64,000 nucleotides of DNA from the human T2T-CHM13v2.0 reference genome, Homo sapiens, in NCBI RefSeq assembly GCF_009914755.1, contig NC_060934.1; one strand, written 5' to 3'. The notes below the pieces were generated by a model. That model was given only the letters and a program-made list of their open reading frames with translations, was not told the origin of the DNA and searched no databases. A program made the position numbers and the translations under genes. Positions 1 to 15,507 of the stretch are shown here, in pieces (the stretch's first letter is position 1; every line of letters begins with the position of its first letter).

Positions 1-430
1 TGTTCATAGAATTTTTTCCTCTTAATCTGGTGAATATGGTGCTATTGACAAATTTTTTTTTTTTTAATGTTTAACCATCCTAGCATTCCTAAGATAAAAC
101 CTACTTGTTCTCTATGGATTTTTATATGTACTGTAGAATTAGCTAATGAATGATTTTTGTATGTGTGTTCATAAATGAGATTGGCCTATAAATTTTCTAC
201 TCTTATAGTATCATTATTGGCTTTTGGTTTCAAGGATATTCTGACCTCATAAAATGAGTTGGGTAACTAACCTGTTTTTCTAATCTCTGAAACCATTTGG
301 TAGGGACTAGCGGTTTCTTTAAAACATTTGAGCCTGGTGTCTTTAACAGGGGTAGATTTTTCATTACTAGTTTGATTTCTTTAATGGTAATTGGTTTTTT
401 GGTTTTATATTTCTTCTTGAATCAGTGTTG
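1..430 (-). mobile_element. Old L1 (L1M-type) fragment in GSTO1 intron
   Basis: T-rich + strand with antisense L1 ORF2-like motifs (gttcataaatgagattggcct, ctgacctcataaaatgagttggg); boundaries approximate. Confidence 0.55.
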
Positions 431-773
431 GTACTTTTATATTTTTCTGCTGAACAGTGTGGGAGCTGGAAAGTAAGATGCAGTCCATATTCTTCAGATA
501 ATTAGTTTAGTAGTAGACAGAACACAGTAGGTAGATATAAGCAATCTAAAATGCATATTATGCATTGAAAAAAAACTATGGAGGTTATTTATAAAGGGCA
601 AATTAGTTTGGTGGTTTAAATAGCCAGATAATATTCTCAATCACCCCCTTTGGCAAACCCTGTAACCAATTCGCCTTCTTAAAATTTCAGAAACATACAA
701 TTTGTGTTTTGTTTTCAAATGATTGTCATCTGTTTAGCAGTTAATCCAGTCTATTTCCAGTATATTTTAAGTA

Positions 774-1240
774 CAAATGCTTTTGCACTTACAATGGGGT
801 TACATCCAATAAACCCACCGTAAGCTGAAAATATCATAAGTGGAAAATGCATTTAATAAACCCAACCTACAGAGCATCATAGCTTAGCCTAGCCTGCTTT
901 AAATGTGCTCAGAAAACTTCCATTAGCCTGCAATTAGGCAAAATCATCAAACATAAAACCATCAAACATAAAATATTTATAAAGTGTTGAATATCTCATA
1001 TAATTTATCGAATACCTGCATCCAAAAGATGCTGGCAACACAGCACACTTTAGAGCATTGGTTGTTTACTCTCTTGATGGTATGGCTGCCCAGCATCAAG
1101 AGTTATCATACTGCAAATCGATAGCCCAGGAAAAGAGCAAAATTCAAAGTTCAAAGTAGAGTTTTTACTGAATGCTTGCTTTTGCACCGTCGTAAAGTTG
1201 AAAAGAATTTAAATTGAACCATCATAAGCTGCAGACTGTG
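774..1240. mobile_element. MER47/Tigger5-like DNA transposon
   Basis: Matches remembered consensus: cttacaatggggttacatccaataaaccc...catcatagcttagcctagcct...cgtaaagttgaaa...aaccatcataag. Confidence 0.7.
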
Positions 1241-1269
1241 CATTTTATATTGAAAAGTTAATATTTTTA

Positions 1270-2030
1270 ATTTTTAATGCAGAGAAGTACCCAAAGCATA
1301 AAAACACAACACGTTTTCACAAAGCGAACACAGCCATGGAACCAGCACCCATATCAACTAACAAAATACTAGTTTGGGCTTTTTTGTACTTTATACAAAT
1401 GGACTCATATAATGTTCATCTTTTGGGTCTGCCTGCTTTCATTCAATATTAGGTTTGTGGGTTCATCTCTGCTGTGTGTAGTTCTTTCCTGTTCTTTATA
1501 CAGTGTTCCAAAGTATAGTATATTACACTTTACCCATTCTACTCTTGATAGTAAACGTTTTCACATTTGGGCTATTACAAATAGTGCTGCAGTGAACATT
1601 CACATAACATATCTTTTGGTGAACATGTGTTACATTTCCAAGTACAATTGCTGGGTGATGAGTATGCATACTCTTAAAACATGGTTGTACCAATTTACAC
1701 CTCTACGACAGTGGTTCCATACCCTTGCCAACTTCATTTTGTTCATTGTAGGCATTCTCTTGGGTGTATAGTGTTATTGCATTTTGGTTTTAATTTGCAT
1801 TTCCCTAATGACTAATGCAGTTGAACACCTTTCCAAATGATAATTGGCCATTTGGACATCATCTTTCTTGAAGATCAAGTCTTGCTCATTTTTCCAATGG
1901 GTCGTTTGCTATTTTTCTTACTGATTCCCAGGAATCCTTTCTATATTCTGAATACCAGTCCTTTGTATTACAAATATGTTGTACTCTGTGACTTGTTTTA
2001 TTTTTCAATTTTCCAGTTTATGTTGTTGAT
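1270..2030 (-). mobile_element. Old L1 3'-region fragment
   Basis: Typical antisense L1 motifs: gctgcagtgaacatt, gttgtaccaatttacac, gttttaatttgcatttccctaatgactaatg. Confidence 0.7.
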
Positions 2031-2169
2031 TGTTTTACTTCATCCCAGACCAACAGATTCTAAAGCTTAATTAAGCTTTTTGATCAGAAAAAAACCCAAC
2101 TTGGATACATCGGAGTAAAAACTGCTTCTCTCACCTGCTCTACTTATTTCCCTTCAGCATTTCTAGTGA

Positions 2170-2328
<159 letters not shown>

Positions 2329-2599
2329 TAAGATATTTGAATATTTTGTGCATAATTTAGGATGACAGGTGGAATAGTATATATTGACCTTTCTTTATAA
2401 CAGAAGTTGAAATATTTAATACAACTGGTCTGAATGAGAACAAGCAGACAGGGGAATCTTGGACTATCCCAGGCATGTCATATACCTACACTAACTACTC
2501 TCCATCACTGCAATGGGGCAGGGGATTTCTGAGACATGTAGTAAAGTGCTTTAAAATTTATTCCTTCCTTCCTGATTAAAAACCCATAAGGGGAAGGAT

Positions 2600-2883
<284 letters not shown>

Positions 2884-3355
2884 TTCCATAAGGTTGTAAA
2901 TTTTTGTAAGGATGTTGTTGCGGGATTGTACGACCAGTGTTACCTCCCATTTACCGTAAGATTTCCACATTATTTTCCAAATTCTGTTTTGAGTTTGGCA
3001 GCCACCTTGCCTTACTCCGGCTTCTTGGACGATAGAGCTATTCAGGGTTACTTTTGGTCATAATCTGGGTGTAGAATAATTAACATAGAACATTCCTGAT
3101 TGTATTCCCTGTTCTTATTTTAATAAATTGTCAGTTTCTCTCTTTGGGCAAGTTCTCACATTAACTGAACAAATTGCTTCACTCTAGTCTCATTCCTTTT
3201 GTGTAAAAAAGGGACCTCTATAGTGTCTTTCAAATTGAATATTCTATTACAGGCATTTTTAAATATTTTTAATGAAATATTTAAGGGAAAAAAGTGAAAC
3301 TGTAGAGTAATAATTACATATGGGAGACTCTGTGATGTCATCCTAGTTGACCTAG

Positions 3356-3541
<186 letters not shown>

Positions 3542-3558
3542 AGGGGGCAGGAGTCAGC

Positions 3559-3564
3559 AATAAA
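3559..3564 (+). terminator. GSTO1: GSTO1 polyadenylation signal AATAAA
   Basis: AATAAA 17 nt after the stop codon, followed by U-rich sequence. Confidence 0.8.
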
Positions 3565-3819
3565 GCTATGTCTGATATTTTCCTTCACTAATATGAATAA
3601 TAGCATGCTTTTATTTTACCAAGGTTCAGGTTGCATGGGATCATCTTCTCTGACTGATTTGACATCAACAGCCAAACGGTGGGGGTCTCCTTAACGCCCC
3701 CCTACAGAAATGAAAATGCATTTCCTGTCTCAGGATGCTGAAACGACTCTGAGGGTTCTATCATAGTCCATGCTGAAAACCCCCAAATTATCATCTTTAG
3801 CAAAATCTGGACTTGAATC

Positions 3820-4106
3820 TTTTTTTTTTTTTTGAGACGGAGTTTCACTCTTGTTGACCAGGCTGGAGTGCAATGGCCTGATCTCAGCTCACCGCAACCT
3901 CCGCCTCCTGAGTTCAAGCGATTCTCCTGCCTCAGCCTCCTGAGTAGCTGGGATTACAGGCATGCGTCACCACGCCTGGCTAATTTTTTTGTATTATCAG
4001 TAGAGAAGGGGTTTCTCCATGTTGGTCAGGCTGGTCTCCAACTCCCGACCTCAGGTGATCGGCGCGCCTCGGCCTCCCAAAGTGGCATGAGCCACCGTAC
4101 CCGTCC
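3820..4106 (-). mobile_element. Alu (AluS-like)
   Basis: Poly(T) followed by antisense Alu consensus; small deletion near its 5' end (cccaaagt-ggcatgagcc). Confidence 0.92.
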
Positions 4107-4471
4107 ACAATCTAACTTTATAACTGCTCACAGGAAATACCCACTCAGTTACCCTGTTGTGTGATTTCATGAGATGCTCTCTTGTTGCTTGTCTTCTGGT
4201 TTCTTAGTTGAGAAGCTTTCAATTCCTCCTTCTTTCATTTCCATCATCAACTTAATTTCACATTCTCTCTATTGTTGGCCCTGAAGACCAGACGCACATT
4301 ACCCGAAAGCTGGGTGGCTGGGCAGACTCCTATTTGGTCTCCCTGTCTCTAACCCCTTCAAATCCTTCCTATCAAATCCCATGTTGGGCACATAGGTGGT
4401 GTCCCATTTATGTAATTAAATACTGTGTAGGCTGCATCAGTCAATTCTGCCTACAAGGTTGATGAGTAATA

Positions 4472-4541
4472 GGTAAGAGCCCCACTGAGAAATAGAAATG
4501 CCATCTTCCACACATTTCCATAGCCCACTGGGTTTCTCACT
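4472..4541 (-). ncRNA. MIR4482: microRNA precursor miR-4482
   Basis: Minus strand AGUGAGAAACCCAGUGGGCUAUGGAAAUG...CAUUUCUAUUUCUCAGUGGGGCUCUUACC forms an imperfect hairpin; matches remembered miR-4482 sequence and its position between GSTO1 and GSTO2. Confidence 0.8.
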
Positions 4542-4879
4542 ATTCAATTTTTATTATCACATCACCACCACGAGAAGGTAGGTCGGAGAGCAATCATTTC
4601 ATTCTATAGATGATGCAACTAAGGTCCCGAGGTTAAGTGAGGCCTTAAGGTGCTGGCAGAAAGATCACACCCAGCGCACTGCTCTTACCATTGGAATCAG
4701 GGCTGTCGGTCCGCTCCAATTGTCTGGTTTCCTGAACTTATTTTCAAGTTCGCCATTGAGAGAAACCTCCGAATGACTAATTCTTAAATTTAAGGGTGCA
4801 TAATAATCACCTATGGCTCACCGCTGCATTTCCGATTCAGCAGGCTGGGGTGGGTAGCGAAGTCTGTATTTCAAATGAG

Positions 4880-5430
4880 CCCCTCAACCCAGGTGACGCA
4901 GGCGGTGTGGGGACCGCATCCGGAGGGCGACCTGGAGCCGACTGACTTCACAAAGGCCTCCTGCCGCAAACCTTCAGCGGCCACCAAAGCCCCGGCTGCC
5001 GGCGGCGGACCACCTCTGCTGCCGCGCGCCTACCGGAGCCGCTTGGCCCTAGTGCTTTCCAGCGGATTTCCCCTCAGGTGCGGAGCCGGGTGCCGGGGTC
5101 CCACAGCCAACCACTACCGGTTCCTCTTTCGTCAGCCACCGGCGCCGGCAGGACCCGCGAATCCCGATCTCCAGGAGCCTGTAAGGAGGCCGCCCATTGG
5201 CTCAGCCGCACTGCTGGGCAGGTACTTCCAAAGCTTTGAGGATTGGCTGATGCTCTGGGCGCCGGGGCTAGTTGGCGGGTAGGATCACGTGCGAGGGGCA
5301 GGCCCCGTCTAGGCCCCGCCTCCTTGCTGCTGCTGCCGCCGCCAATCCTGGTCCGGTTGCCCGAGTTCCCGGAGGTCTCTCGCGGGACCTCTCTCACCGC
5401 CACCGGTGGGTCCGTTCGGCCTGCGTTGTA
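4880..5430 (+). promoter_or_regulatory. GSTO2: CpG-island promoter of GSTO2
   Basis: High GC/CpG density; CCAAT boxes (ATTGG 5196-5200 and 5242-5246, CCAAT 5342-5346), E-box CACGTG 5286-5291, GC box at about 5312. Confidence 0.85.
5330..5405 (+). other. GSTO2: GSTO2 non-coding exon 1 (5' end approximate)
   Basis: Donor CCG|GTGGGT at 5405/5406 inside the CpG island; joins the acceptor at 10823 in the mRNA as I remember it. Confidence 0.7.
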
Positions 5431-6031
5431 TTGGAAGGGAAGAGGGGTTTGAGGTCAATTCTGTTTCCTGGGGTTTTCACGAATTTCGGGGCCCACAGTA
5501 GGCTTGCCAACTTTAACTTTTGCCTAACACTTTACGAGAAATCCTATTTAGCCTTGGCCACTGTTGCATCAAAGAATTTCACATCCAACAAAGTGCAGCC
5601 TAAGAATAAAGAACAGGTCTTTAAACCGCATACCTTTAATTAAGGTGTTCTTATTTTTTCTGATTTGGCTGGAAACAGGCAGAGACCACCCCAGATAACC
5701 AGTTCTCAGCCTTGCGTGGGACACCACGAGTCCCACGTGTTTACGTGTTTAAGGCACTGGCAAGCAGGGGAATTTGGTTTCTGGGAATGTGCTGTCTTTG
5801 TGAAAACTGTGAAAAGTCTTCCCTGCTACATTGAAATAATCATAAAATAATAATAGCTAATGTTGAACACTTACTATGTATCTAGACACATGCTAAGCAT
5901 TCAATATTTCTCATCCAGTTTCTGAATGAAACCTTCGCAAACCACATAATGTACTGGTACTATTAGCTACGAATTACATATAAGAACACCCGAAAGTTGT
6001 TGTCATTTGCCCAAGGTCACCCAGCTAATAA

Positions 6032-6449
<418 letters not shown>

Positions 6450-8719
6450 TGTATCTGCCTTTTTGACCACACCATTATTCGTGGGATTTAACAGGAGTTA
6501 ATGAGTTAATAATGTTCCTTTTCCAAACTCAGTGGTTTTGATTTTACAAATTATTTGACTTTTCCTGATTTCAGGATCTTGACAATTTGCCTTTACTTAT
6601 TCAAATGTTATTATACCAAATATTTATTTAAAAAGTTTTTTTTTTCTTTGATTCCTCAAGTTGTAGAGAGAAATAGGGATAGGGAAGCAGAATCAAGTAG
6701 TTAAAAAGATAGCCTCATTTGACCCTGATTTCCCAATTGGGAATATGAAATTTTTCCTGAATATAAGCACATTTGAGAATAGAACCTTTTACCTAACGTA
6801 TCTCACTTTTTGAACTCATTGGACAATAAGGGAACACCCAGTAATATAATCTTTCATATAAATTAGGCTTCTAACTTATTAAGAGGAATGTACTCCAGTC
6901 CAGTTTCTGCTACTATCAAGAGATGGCGTGACAAAAAATTTTGAAAAGTTGCCGAATGCAAACCACAGTTCCTCTTCTCAAAACAAATGCATGTAAATAG
7001 AGTGTAAGCTATTTCTTTGGTGGCATTATTTTCCTAGAAGGCTTAAGTCGTTAATCACCCATGACCGAAGATCCAAACATTTTCAAAGCAGATCCGATCA
7101 TATTTCAGGTGGCTGAAAATGGATTTGGAGTAGGTTTAATATGGTCTACTTACAATTTGTTTCATGATTGAGTGGGTCAGTATAATAAAGGTATAAACAT
7201 GAAATAACATAGAAGGAAAGTTTGCAAAGAGGATTTCAAAGAAGTACCTGTTGGGTATTCAAAAGAAAGTAGGGATAAGCTTAAGGTTAAAATCTTTCTA
7301 GGGAAAGTATAGTGTTCAGAGGTAAGATTAAAAACCACATTACTGAAATGGAGTCTGCAGCATTCAGCCCATTCAATTGGCATTAAACTGGTAACTGGTG
7401 AAATAAGTATTGTGAGTTGAACTTTAATTCTAATATGCTTGGCAAAGCCGAATCACAGTGTGCTTCATCTTTGTGGATACAAAATTGGAATGCACTCTGC
7501 TATTTAAAATGTGTTCTTACTCACTAGCGTTTGTCATTAACTTTGACGTATACTGAGCTCTTACTATACTGACGATGCCCTGGACTATTTGATTCGATAC
7601 TCACAATTCATAAAGTAGGTATTATTGGTGTTCTCATTTTGCAGGTGAGGAAAGTGAAATCCAAAAAGGTTAGATAGCTTGCCTAAGTGCCAAAGCTGGG
7701 TCTCAAAAAGTCAGCCCATTGGGCTCCAGGGCCTGTTCTGAGAACCTTGACACTAGATTGTTTCCCTTTAGAGGAGAACAGCTTCCATCCCTGTCTTCTA
7801 ACTCTACCAAATTAACTTGGCATTTCAGAACTTGATTTCCCACATACAGATACACTTTTCATGAACATTTCCCAACTCTCAGAGTTAGTTTCTTTTAAAA
7901 GGTGGGAATGAAAAAACAAAACTTGGAAAATCATCCTCTTCTGGCAAAGTAGAAAGGTGGATCCAGGAACCTTTTAATTTACAAATGGAATTCCCAGTTT
8001 GGCCATTATCCAGAGACCATGGATGGGCAAATTAAGGCCATTGGGCTAAATCCAACCAATTGTTGGTTTTTTTATAGCTCAATATCTAAGAATGATTTTT
8101 TACATTTTTAAAGGGTTGAAAAAGAAAAACCAGTCACAACGTGATATGTGAAAATTATATGAAATTCACCAAGAGTGAGCCCTAATATATTAACTATGGA
8201 TGTTGGGTGATAATATGTCAATGTGGGTTCATTGATTGTAATAAATGTACCTCTCTGATTGGAATATTGATAGTGGAAGAGACTGTGCATGTGCGGGGGC
8301 ACAGGGTATATGGGAAATGTGTATTTTCTGCTCAATTTTGCTGTGAATCTAAAACTTTTTTTTAAAAAAAGGCTATTAAAATACATATATGCAGTTCAAA
8401 TTCAGTGTGTCCATAAATACAGCCACACCCATTTGTTTATTTATCATCGATGGCTGTTTTTACACTACAAGTGTAGAACTAAATAGTGGAGACCAGATGG
8501 CCTGAAAAGCCTGAAATATTTAATATATGTAAAAACATTTGCCAATCATTCAGTTCATGGCATCTGATAAAGACTAAGATACTGGTTGAGATTGTTGCCG
8601 CTGGAGTCAAACTTCCAGGGTTCCTAGTCCTCCCTCTTTCACTTACTAGTTGAGAAGTGCTTAACTATGCTAGTCTCAGTTTACTCATCTTTTAAAGTGA
8701 ATCAAAATAGAACAGTTAT

Positions 8720-9066
<347 letters not shown>

Positions 9067-10822
9067 TTAAGAATTAACTGGGTCAATACACATGAAGCAC
9101 CAAATATATATTAGTAATAATTTATTTTGATTTTGAGATTTTGCAACCCTCTTATGGCCTTTTTTAGGCTATGGATATATTTTTCTCAACTATCTTGAAA
9201 TCTGCTTTTTTTATATGAGGGATGCATGTGTATGCCCAGAAGTCATCTTACCTACCAGGAGCTCTAAGATGACATGGTTGTGTTTCTTGCTTCTATTTTA
9301 CCATCCAATTTGTCCTTCTTGATCAGAATTAGCTCCAAAGTAGTAGAAGTTACTCTGTTACTTTCTCTGTCTTCTTAAATGAAAAGTTGTCAGCGTAGCA
9401 AGCCGGGAACCAATATGTCTTCTCCAACACCAGATTTCTTGCTGACATATATGCATTTTATTTTCAGAGAACATTATTCAAACATTTTTGCCATTCCCTG
9501 ATTCTTATAAAATGTTAATACTTTCCATATTATTATCTAAGCTTATTTCACATGAAATCATTGAATGACAGCAAAAAATGTAGTTGAGTCACTATTCTGA
9601 AGATTTGCAAAGATTCTTATTCACTAGCAAAAAATGTTAACACTATTATTAACCAAGAAGTTCTGGATAGACTGGAATTCCAAAGGCCAAACAGTACCCA
9701 GTTATAAGCTACATAATTAGGCTCTGTCATTTTAATAAAAGATATTTAGATTCAAGTATTATTTGTTGAGCAGCCATTACGTGCTATATCTTTTCCTGGA
9801 CTTAAAATCCTTTCCTCCCAACACTATTACCAGTTTTAAAGGTCAAGACAACGAGTCAAGCTTTGGACTTTTAAAGTTCTTCAACCCTACTAGCTGGTCA
9901 CTTTGGGCAAATAATTTCATTTTTCTGAAGCTGTTTTCTGTTTTGAAAAGTAGAAATAATATGAGTTGCCTGACTGAGCAATTGTAGGAATCAAGGTAAT
10001 CTATGGAAATAATTTAGTCAGTATGAGTGAGACACAGAAAATATTTTTCTTTCCTTCATGATCTGTTAATCCTACAAAATGCATTTACAAGCAATTCCCA
10101 CATCAGCTCAATTCTGGAAAATTTAAGGAATTATTTTTTTACCTGCTGAAATTCAGGATCTCAGCTTATCAGCATCAGAGCCAAAGCCACGTCTATTATC
10201 TCACGTAAACAGAAAAGCTGTGCAAGTCGCCCCTATATGGCTGGGCTGTTGGCAATGTATCCTTGGCAACTAGTAAGAGTGTTCTCAAAAATTTATGCTG
10301 GGGAACGGGGGAAGCTCACAAATTGTTCTTTGCCTCCAGGTATCTTAATTTTATTCATTGCCAGTTTTTCAGAGCTTGGGTAAAATCTCACAAGTAGGGC
10401 CAGGACTGGGATGAGGCAACTGAGGTGTCTAGGGTGCAAAATGTGAGTTGTCTAGACACCAAAGTTGTCTAGGTGTCTAGGAGGCACTCACTCTCTGGGG
10501 TATGTGAGATTTCAACACCAATGACTTTTTCTTTCCTAGTTGCTGTATCATGAGAATGTTTGGCCTTATTATTTTTTAAAGCTGTACTTACTTACCAAAG
10601 AGTGGCCAGTTTAGTGATGCAAGAGATTCAGAATGGGAAAAAAAAAGTCAGCTTTACCCTAGTCAGTTTTGATTAAACTCCTTTGAAATCCATGTTGGAG
10701 TTTAAATGCCCATTCTTGAGGGATTCTTGATGTAGAGGAGGCCCCTCCAAAGCTTTAAGCACATGTCCAGAGCAAGGGGGAGCTTTTCTGGTGTTATTTT
10801 GTCTTGTTTTGTTTTTTGCCAG

Positions 10823-11053
10823 CTCCTACTCTCGGGCTTCCAAATCTGGGGCGATGTCTCCCCAGGTTAAATTACCCTAGCTCCTGCTCCAGATCGCTTC
10901 CCCGTGCCCCGCCAGAGCCCAGTAGTTCAAAAATTAAATTTGGGGCAAGGGGTGCGCGCCAGAGCGCAGCTGTTTCTGGAGCCTGCGGCAGCGGTGGCGA
11001 GCCACAGGGCGGCGACCGTGAGCTCCGGGAGCTGCGCAAACCACCTGGAGACC
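10823..11053 (+). other. GSTO2: GSTO2 exon 2, 5' UTR part
   Basis: Acceptor gttttttgccag| at 10822; 231 nt before the ATG. Confidence 0.85.
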
Positions 11054-11087
11054 ATGTCTGGGGATGCGACCAGGACCCTGGGGAAAG
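11054..11087 (+). CDS. GSTO2: Glutathione S-transferase omega 2, first coding exon
   Basis: accATG; MSGDATRTLGK(G); donor |gtgagt. Confidence 0.95.
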
Positions 11088-11363
11088 GTGAGTGCTCTCC
11101 ATGGGGTCCGCGAGCTGGGGGCGCCGCGTGACAGAAAATGTTGGCTTCGGCGGAGCTGCCTGGCCTTGGCCTGCAGACCGGCGGGGCAGGAAGGGACTTG
11201 GAGGGCTCTCCTGAAGAAAAGCCACATGCAGCACTGCCCTCTCTGGGACTTGGGAGTTGGAGCTCCCACAGCCATCTTGGGATCTGGGCAAGTGAGCGAG
11301 CTCCTTCCTCACCGGGCTGACTAGCCTCTCCTTTCCCTGTCCCCCTCCATCGCTGCTCTGCAG

Positions 11364-11472
11364 GAAGCCAGCCCCCAGGGCCAGTCCCGGAGGGGCTGAT
11401 CCGCATCTACAGCATGAGGTTCTGCCCCTATTCTCACAGGACCCGCCTCGTCCTCAAGGCCAAAGACATCAG
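11364..11472 (+). CDS. GSTO2: GSTO2 exon 3 (active-site Cys32)
   Basis: ctgcag| and |gtgag; (G)[35 protein letters not shown](R); omega-class FCPY motif, TGC at 11423-11425. Confidence 0.97.
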
Positions 11473-12524
11473 GTGAGAAGCGGGAACCCAGAGCCCCCGA
11501 GCAAACCCAGCGCCTCACAGGAGCCCGGGAATGTTTAACATCTGGGGCGCCCTGCTCAGCTTTTACAAGGGGCTCCCTGTCCCTTTTTTCGGAGGCAAAG
11601 TCAACAAATAGCAAAGGGCGAGCTTTTTTTTAGCGGGCCCTACTGAAATGCGGAGCCCTTTTCCGAGTCACGCCTATGCATGAAACTTCTAGGCCAGCGC
11701 AGAGTAATGTGAATGATGGGGCTGGTGAACTGGTTCCCTCCCAGAATGTTTAAGGGCACAGCCAACACTACTGAGGCCTTACCTGACTGCTCCACAGAGG
11801 TAGTTCCCCCACCACACCCCAGGCATCTTAGGTCACTGTTTCCTTTCTTTATTGAACTTACTGCATCCAGCATTTTCTTATTTGTTCATCCATCTCCCCT
11901 CCCCAGTCCCCTTCACCCATGTGCGTTCTCGAGGGTAGGAACTCTGTCTCTTTTATTCATGAGCTAGGAGAGAGCCTGTCACATAGTGGATGCTCAAAAA
12001 ACATCTGTTAAATGAATGAACAAATCTTTCCAAACAATGAAATAGAAGGAATTGCTATCAAGAGGTGTCTGGAAGTTTTCAAGACACCTTGAAAACTTGA
12101 GAAATGGGTACAGATGCTTCCAAAAGGAAGTTTGCAAAACCAGCTCCTGCAGGTCTGGATTTGGAGGGCAGAGCAGCTTTGCTGGGATGTGGACTGCATA
12201 ATGCAGCTGGCCTCCAAGCTAGAGTGTTGAGAATATGTCACTCCAGGCTCCCGACTCTTGTCTCGGAGAGTCCATCACAAGGGGGTGACTTCAGAGTTTC
12301 AGACTCATGTCAGAGAGATACAAAGACTAATACAGAGATGTTTTAAATAAAATTATGTAAATCTGCCTTGTTGAGTATATAGGGCCTGTATTTCCACATT
12401 CTTCCCTTTTGCTCAAATTAAGCTGACCTTAAGGTTACCTGTTTTTTGAGGAAAATAACAACAACTGGATGTTTTGCCCATTTGGTGATAAATTATCAGC
12501 TTAGGAGCTGATGTATTTCCTTAG

Positions 12525-12780
12525 GTCAGCGTTTCTCAGACTTGGCACTGTTGACAGTTTAGGCCAGATAATTCTTTGTTGGAGAGGTGGGATAGAAGCT
12601 GTCCTGTCCATCACTGGATGTTTAGCAGTATCCTTGGTCTCTACCCATTCAATGACAGTAGAGTCCCCCTTCCCTATGCACTACCTTCAGTTGTGACAAC
12701 AAAACCATGTCTCCAGACATAGTGATATGTCCCTTGGGAAGGAGGCCAAAAATCACTTCTAGTCGAGACCCATTGCTTTA
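12525..12780. mobile_element. MER20-like hAT DNA transposon
   Basis: cagcgtttctca..cttggcactgttgaca...ataattctttgttg...atgtctccagacat matches remembered MER20 consensus. Confidence 0.7.
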
Positions 12781-12784
12781 GGTT

Positions 12785-12908
12785 GAGACCCACTGCTTTA
12801 GGTCTTGCTATGTGGCCTATGCTGGTCTCGAAATCTTGGGCTCAAGCAATCCTCCCACCCTGGCCTCTCAAAGTGCTGAGATTACAGGTGTGAGCCACCT
12901 CATCCAGC
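12785..12908 (-). mobile_element. Alu monomer (FLAM-like)
   Basis: gctggtctcgaaatcttgggctcaagc...attacaggtgtgagccacc. Confidence 0.75.
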
Positions 12909-13287
12909 CTCTGCTGTAGGTTTAAGACAATCTCCTAGACTAAGCAATGAACGTTCCCATTTGTTTCCTTTCATGTTTTTAAACATACGTTCATGCTTCT
13001 GGTAACTATATAGTTATCTAAATAATAATTGTATTATGTGAACATTAAATAATAATAGTATTATTTGAACATCTAATAATTAGAAGAAGAATTAAAAAAG
13101 TTATTGCATGCTTATGTGCCAGGCACTGTCCTAAACACTTTATACATATCCCCACCACAGTACCAAGAGATGGGTGTAATTATTAGCCCCATTTTATAAT
13201 TAAGGACACTGAGCACAGAGAGGTTAGGAATTCGGTTAAGGTCCCAAGCTAGACCGTTTATTCTGATGCCAAAACTCATACTCTTAA

Positions 13288-13757
<470 letters not shown>

Positions 13758-14031
13758 TGAGATTCAACCCCCTTGAGTCTTCTTTCCTATGAGGTGAGCC
13801 TACTTCAGGGGGAATTATGAGGAACAACTGAGATAAGGCATGGAAAACATCCGACACATCTTACTGCAGGAAGGAAGATGATGATGTTATGTATTTTATA
13901 CAAAACTTAAACCTTAAAACACTAATTGCAAATTTTAACTTTTAAACTGATTGCTTCTGCTTTCAAGAAGAGTGCCTGCCTGCAGATGCCTCTCATTTTT
14001 GTTCTGTCTTGTTTTCCTTTTGCTTTTTAAG

Positions 14032-14254
14032 ACATGAAGTGGTCAACATTAACCTGAGAAACAAGCCTGAATGGTACTATACAAAGCACCCTTTTGGCCA
14101 CATTCCTGTCCTGGAGACCAGCCAATGTCAACTGATCTATGAATCTGTTATTGCTTGTGAGTACCTGGATGATGCTTATCCAGGAAGGAAGCTGTTTCCA
14201 TATGACCCTTATGAACGAGCTCGCCAAAAGATGTTATTGGAGCTATTTTGTAAG
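14032..14254 (+). CDS. GSTO2: GSTO2 exon 4
   Basis: tttttaag| and |gtatat; (R)[74 protein letters not shown]. Confidence 0.97.
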
Positions 14255-14607
14255 GTATATTCAATTTAAAAAGCCACTCACACTGTATTTTACTTTGCAT
14301 GTCTTTCCCAAACCTCAACCCATTTTAAAGCCAAATCATTGGTGAAACTGTTTTGTTTTGATACCATGTGATCCTCAGGAGATTAGCTAGCATGGAATTA
14401 GGGTAGAGCATGGCCACTGATATTAAAGGCTTAACTGCTAGGCGCTTCTCCATTTCAACTGGCAGGCTCAGGAGGTATGGTTATGACATGGCAATGACCG
14501 TGTAACTTGAAGCAGGAATACTGAAAGAACTGAAAACTGGTGATCCTTAAAGGGAGTATTTCTCCAGCTTCAGGTAAAAAGTAATGGAGTGCGAAGATTA
14601 TGCATAG

Positions 14608-14964
<357 letters not shown>

Positions 14965-15507
14965 TGAAGAATAGATAAATGGTGGCAGCTTTGATAATGA
15001 AAGAAAAAAGAATGGAGAAATTTTAAGATGGTGTCTTTGAAAAGGAATTTTTAAAAACCTCAATGATATTAACAGCTGACATATATCGAACACTTATGAT
15101 GTGCCAGGCACTGTCCTAGTTACTTTGTAGGAGCTAACTCATTTAATCCAACTGCCCTTTGAAGTGGGTACTGCTATCGTATCCATTTTTCAGATGAGAA
15201 CACTGAGGCTTAGAGAGGTTGAGTGTCCCACCTAAGAATGTATAGCATGGAAGCAGCTGATCAAGTAAGGAGCACTGGAGAAACCCTCCTAAAGCACCCT
15301 GCTTTCCCAGGGTACTATAAGAAGTAGATTCCTACTGAGAACCGGAACCACAGAGAAAACCTAGTGCCTCTCACAGGGAGCTGGGGGGTCTGATGTGGGT
15401 GTTGCCCTGTTAGGCTGGAGTTATAAAGCTTCGCTGCCTTTTCAGGCAGAACAGGAACTGGAAGTTTCCACAGACTTCTCCACTGAGAACCTGTGTCCTC
15501 TGATTAG

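Larger units (their letters stand above)
10850..11700. promoter_or_regulatory. GSTO2: Second CpG island over GSTO2 exons 2-3 (possible alternative promoter)
   Basis: Visible GC/CpG enrichment. Confidence 0.7.

Noticed and set aside
4875-5643. ORFs in the GSTO2 CpG islands (also 10804-11614)
   Set aside because: Stop-codon depletion due to high GC; only the spliced GSTO2 frame is supported
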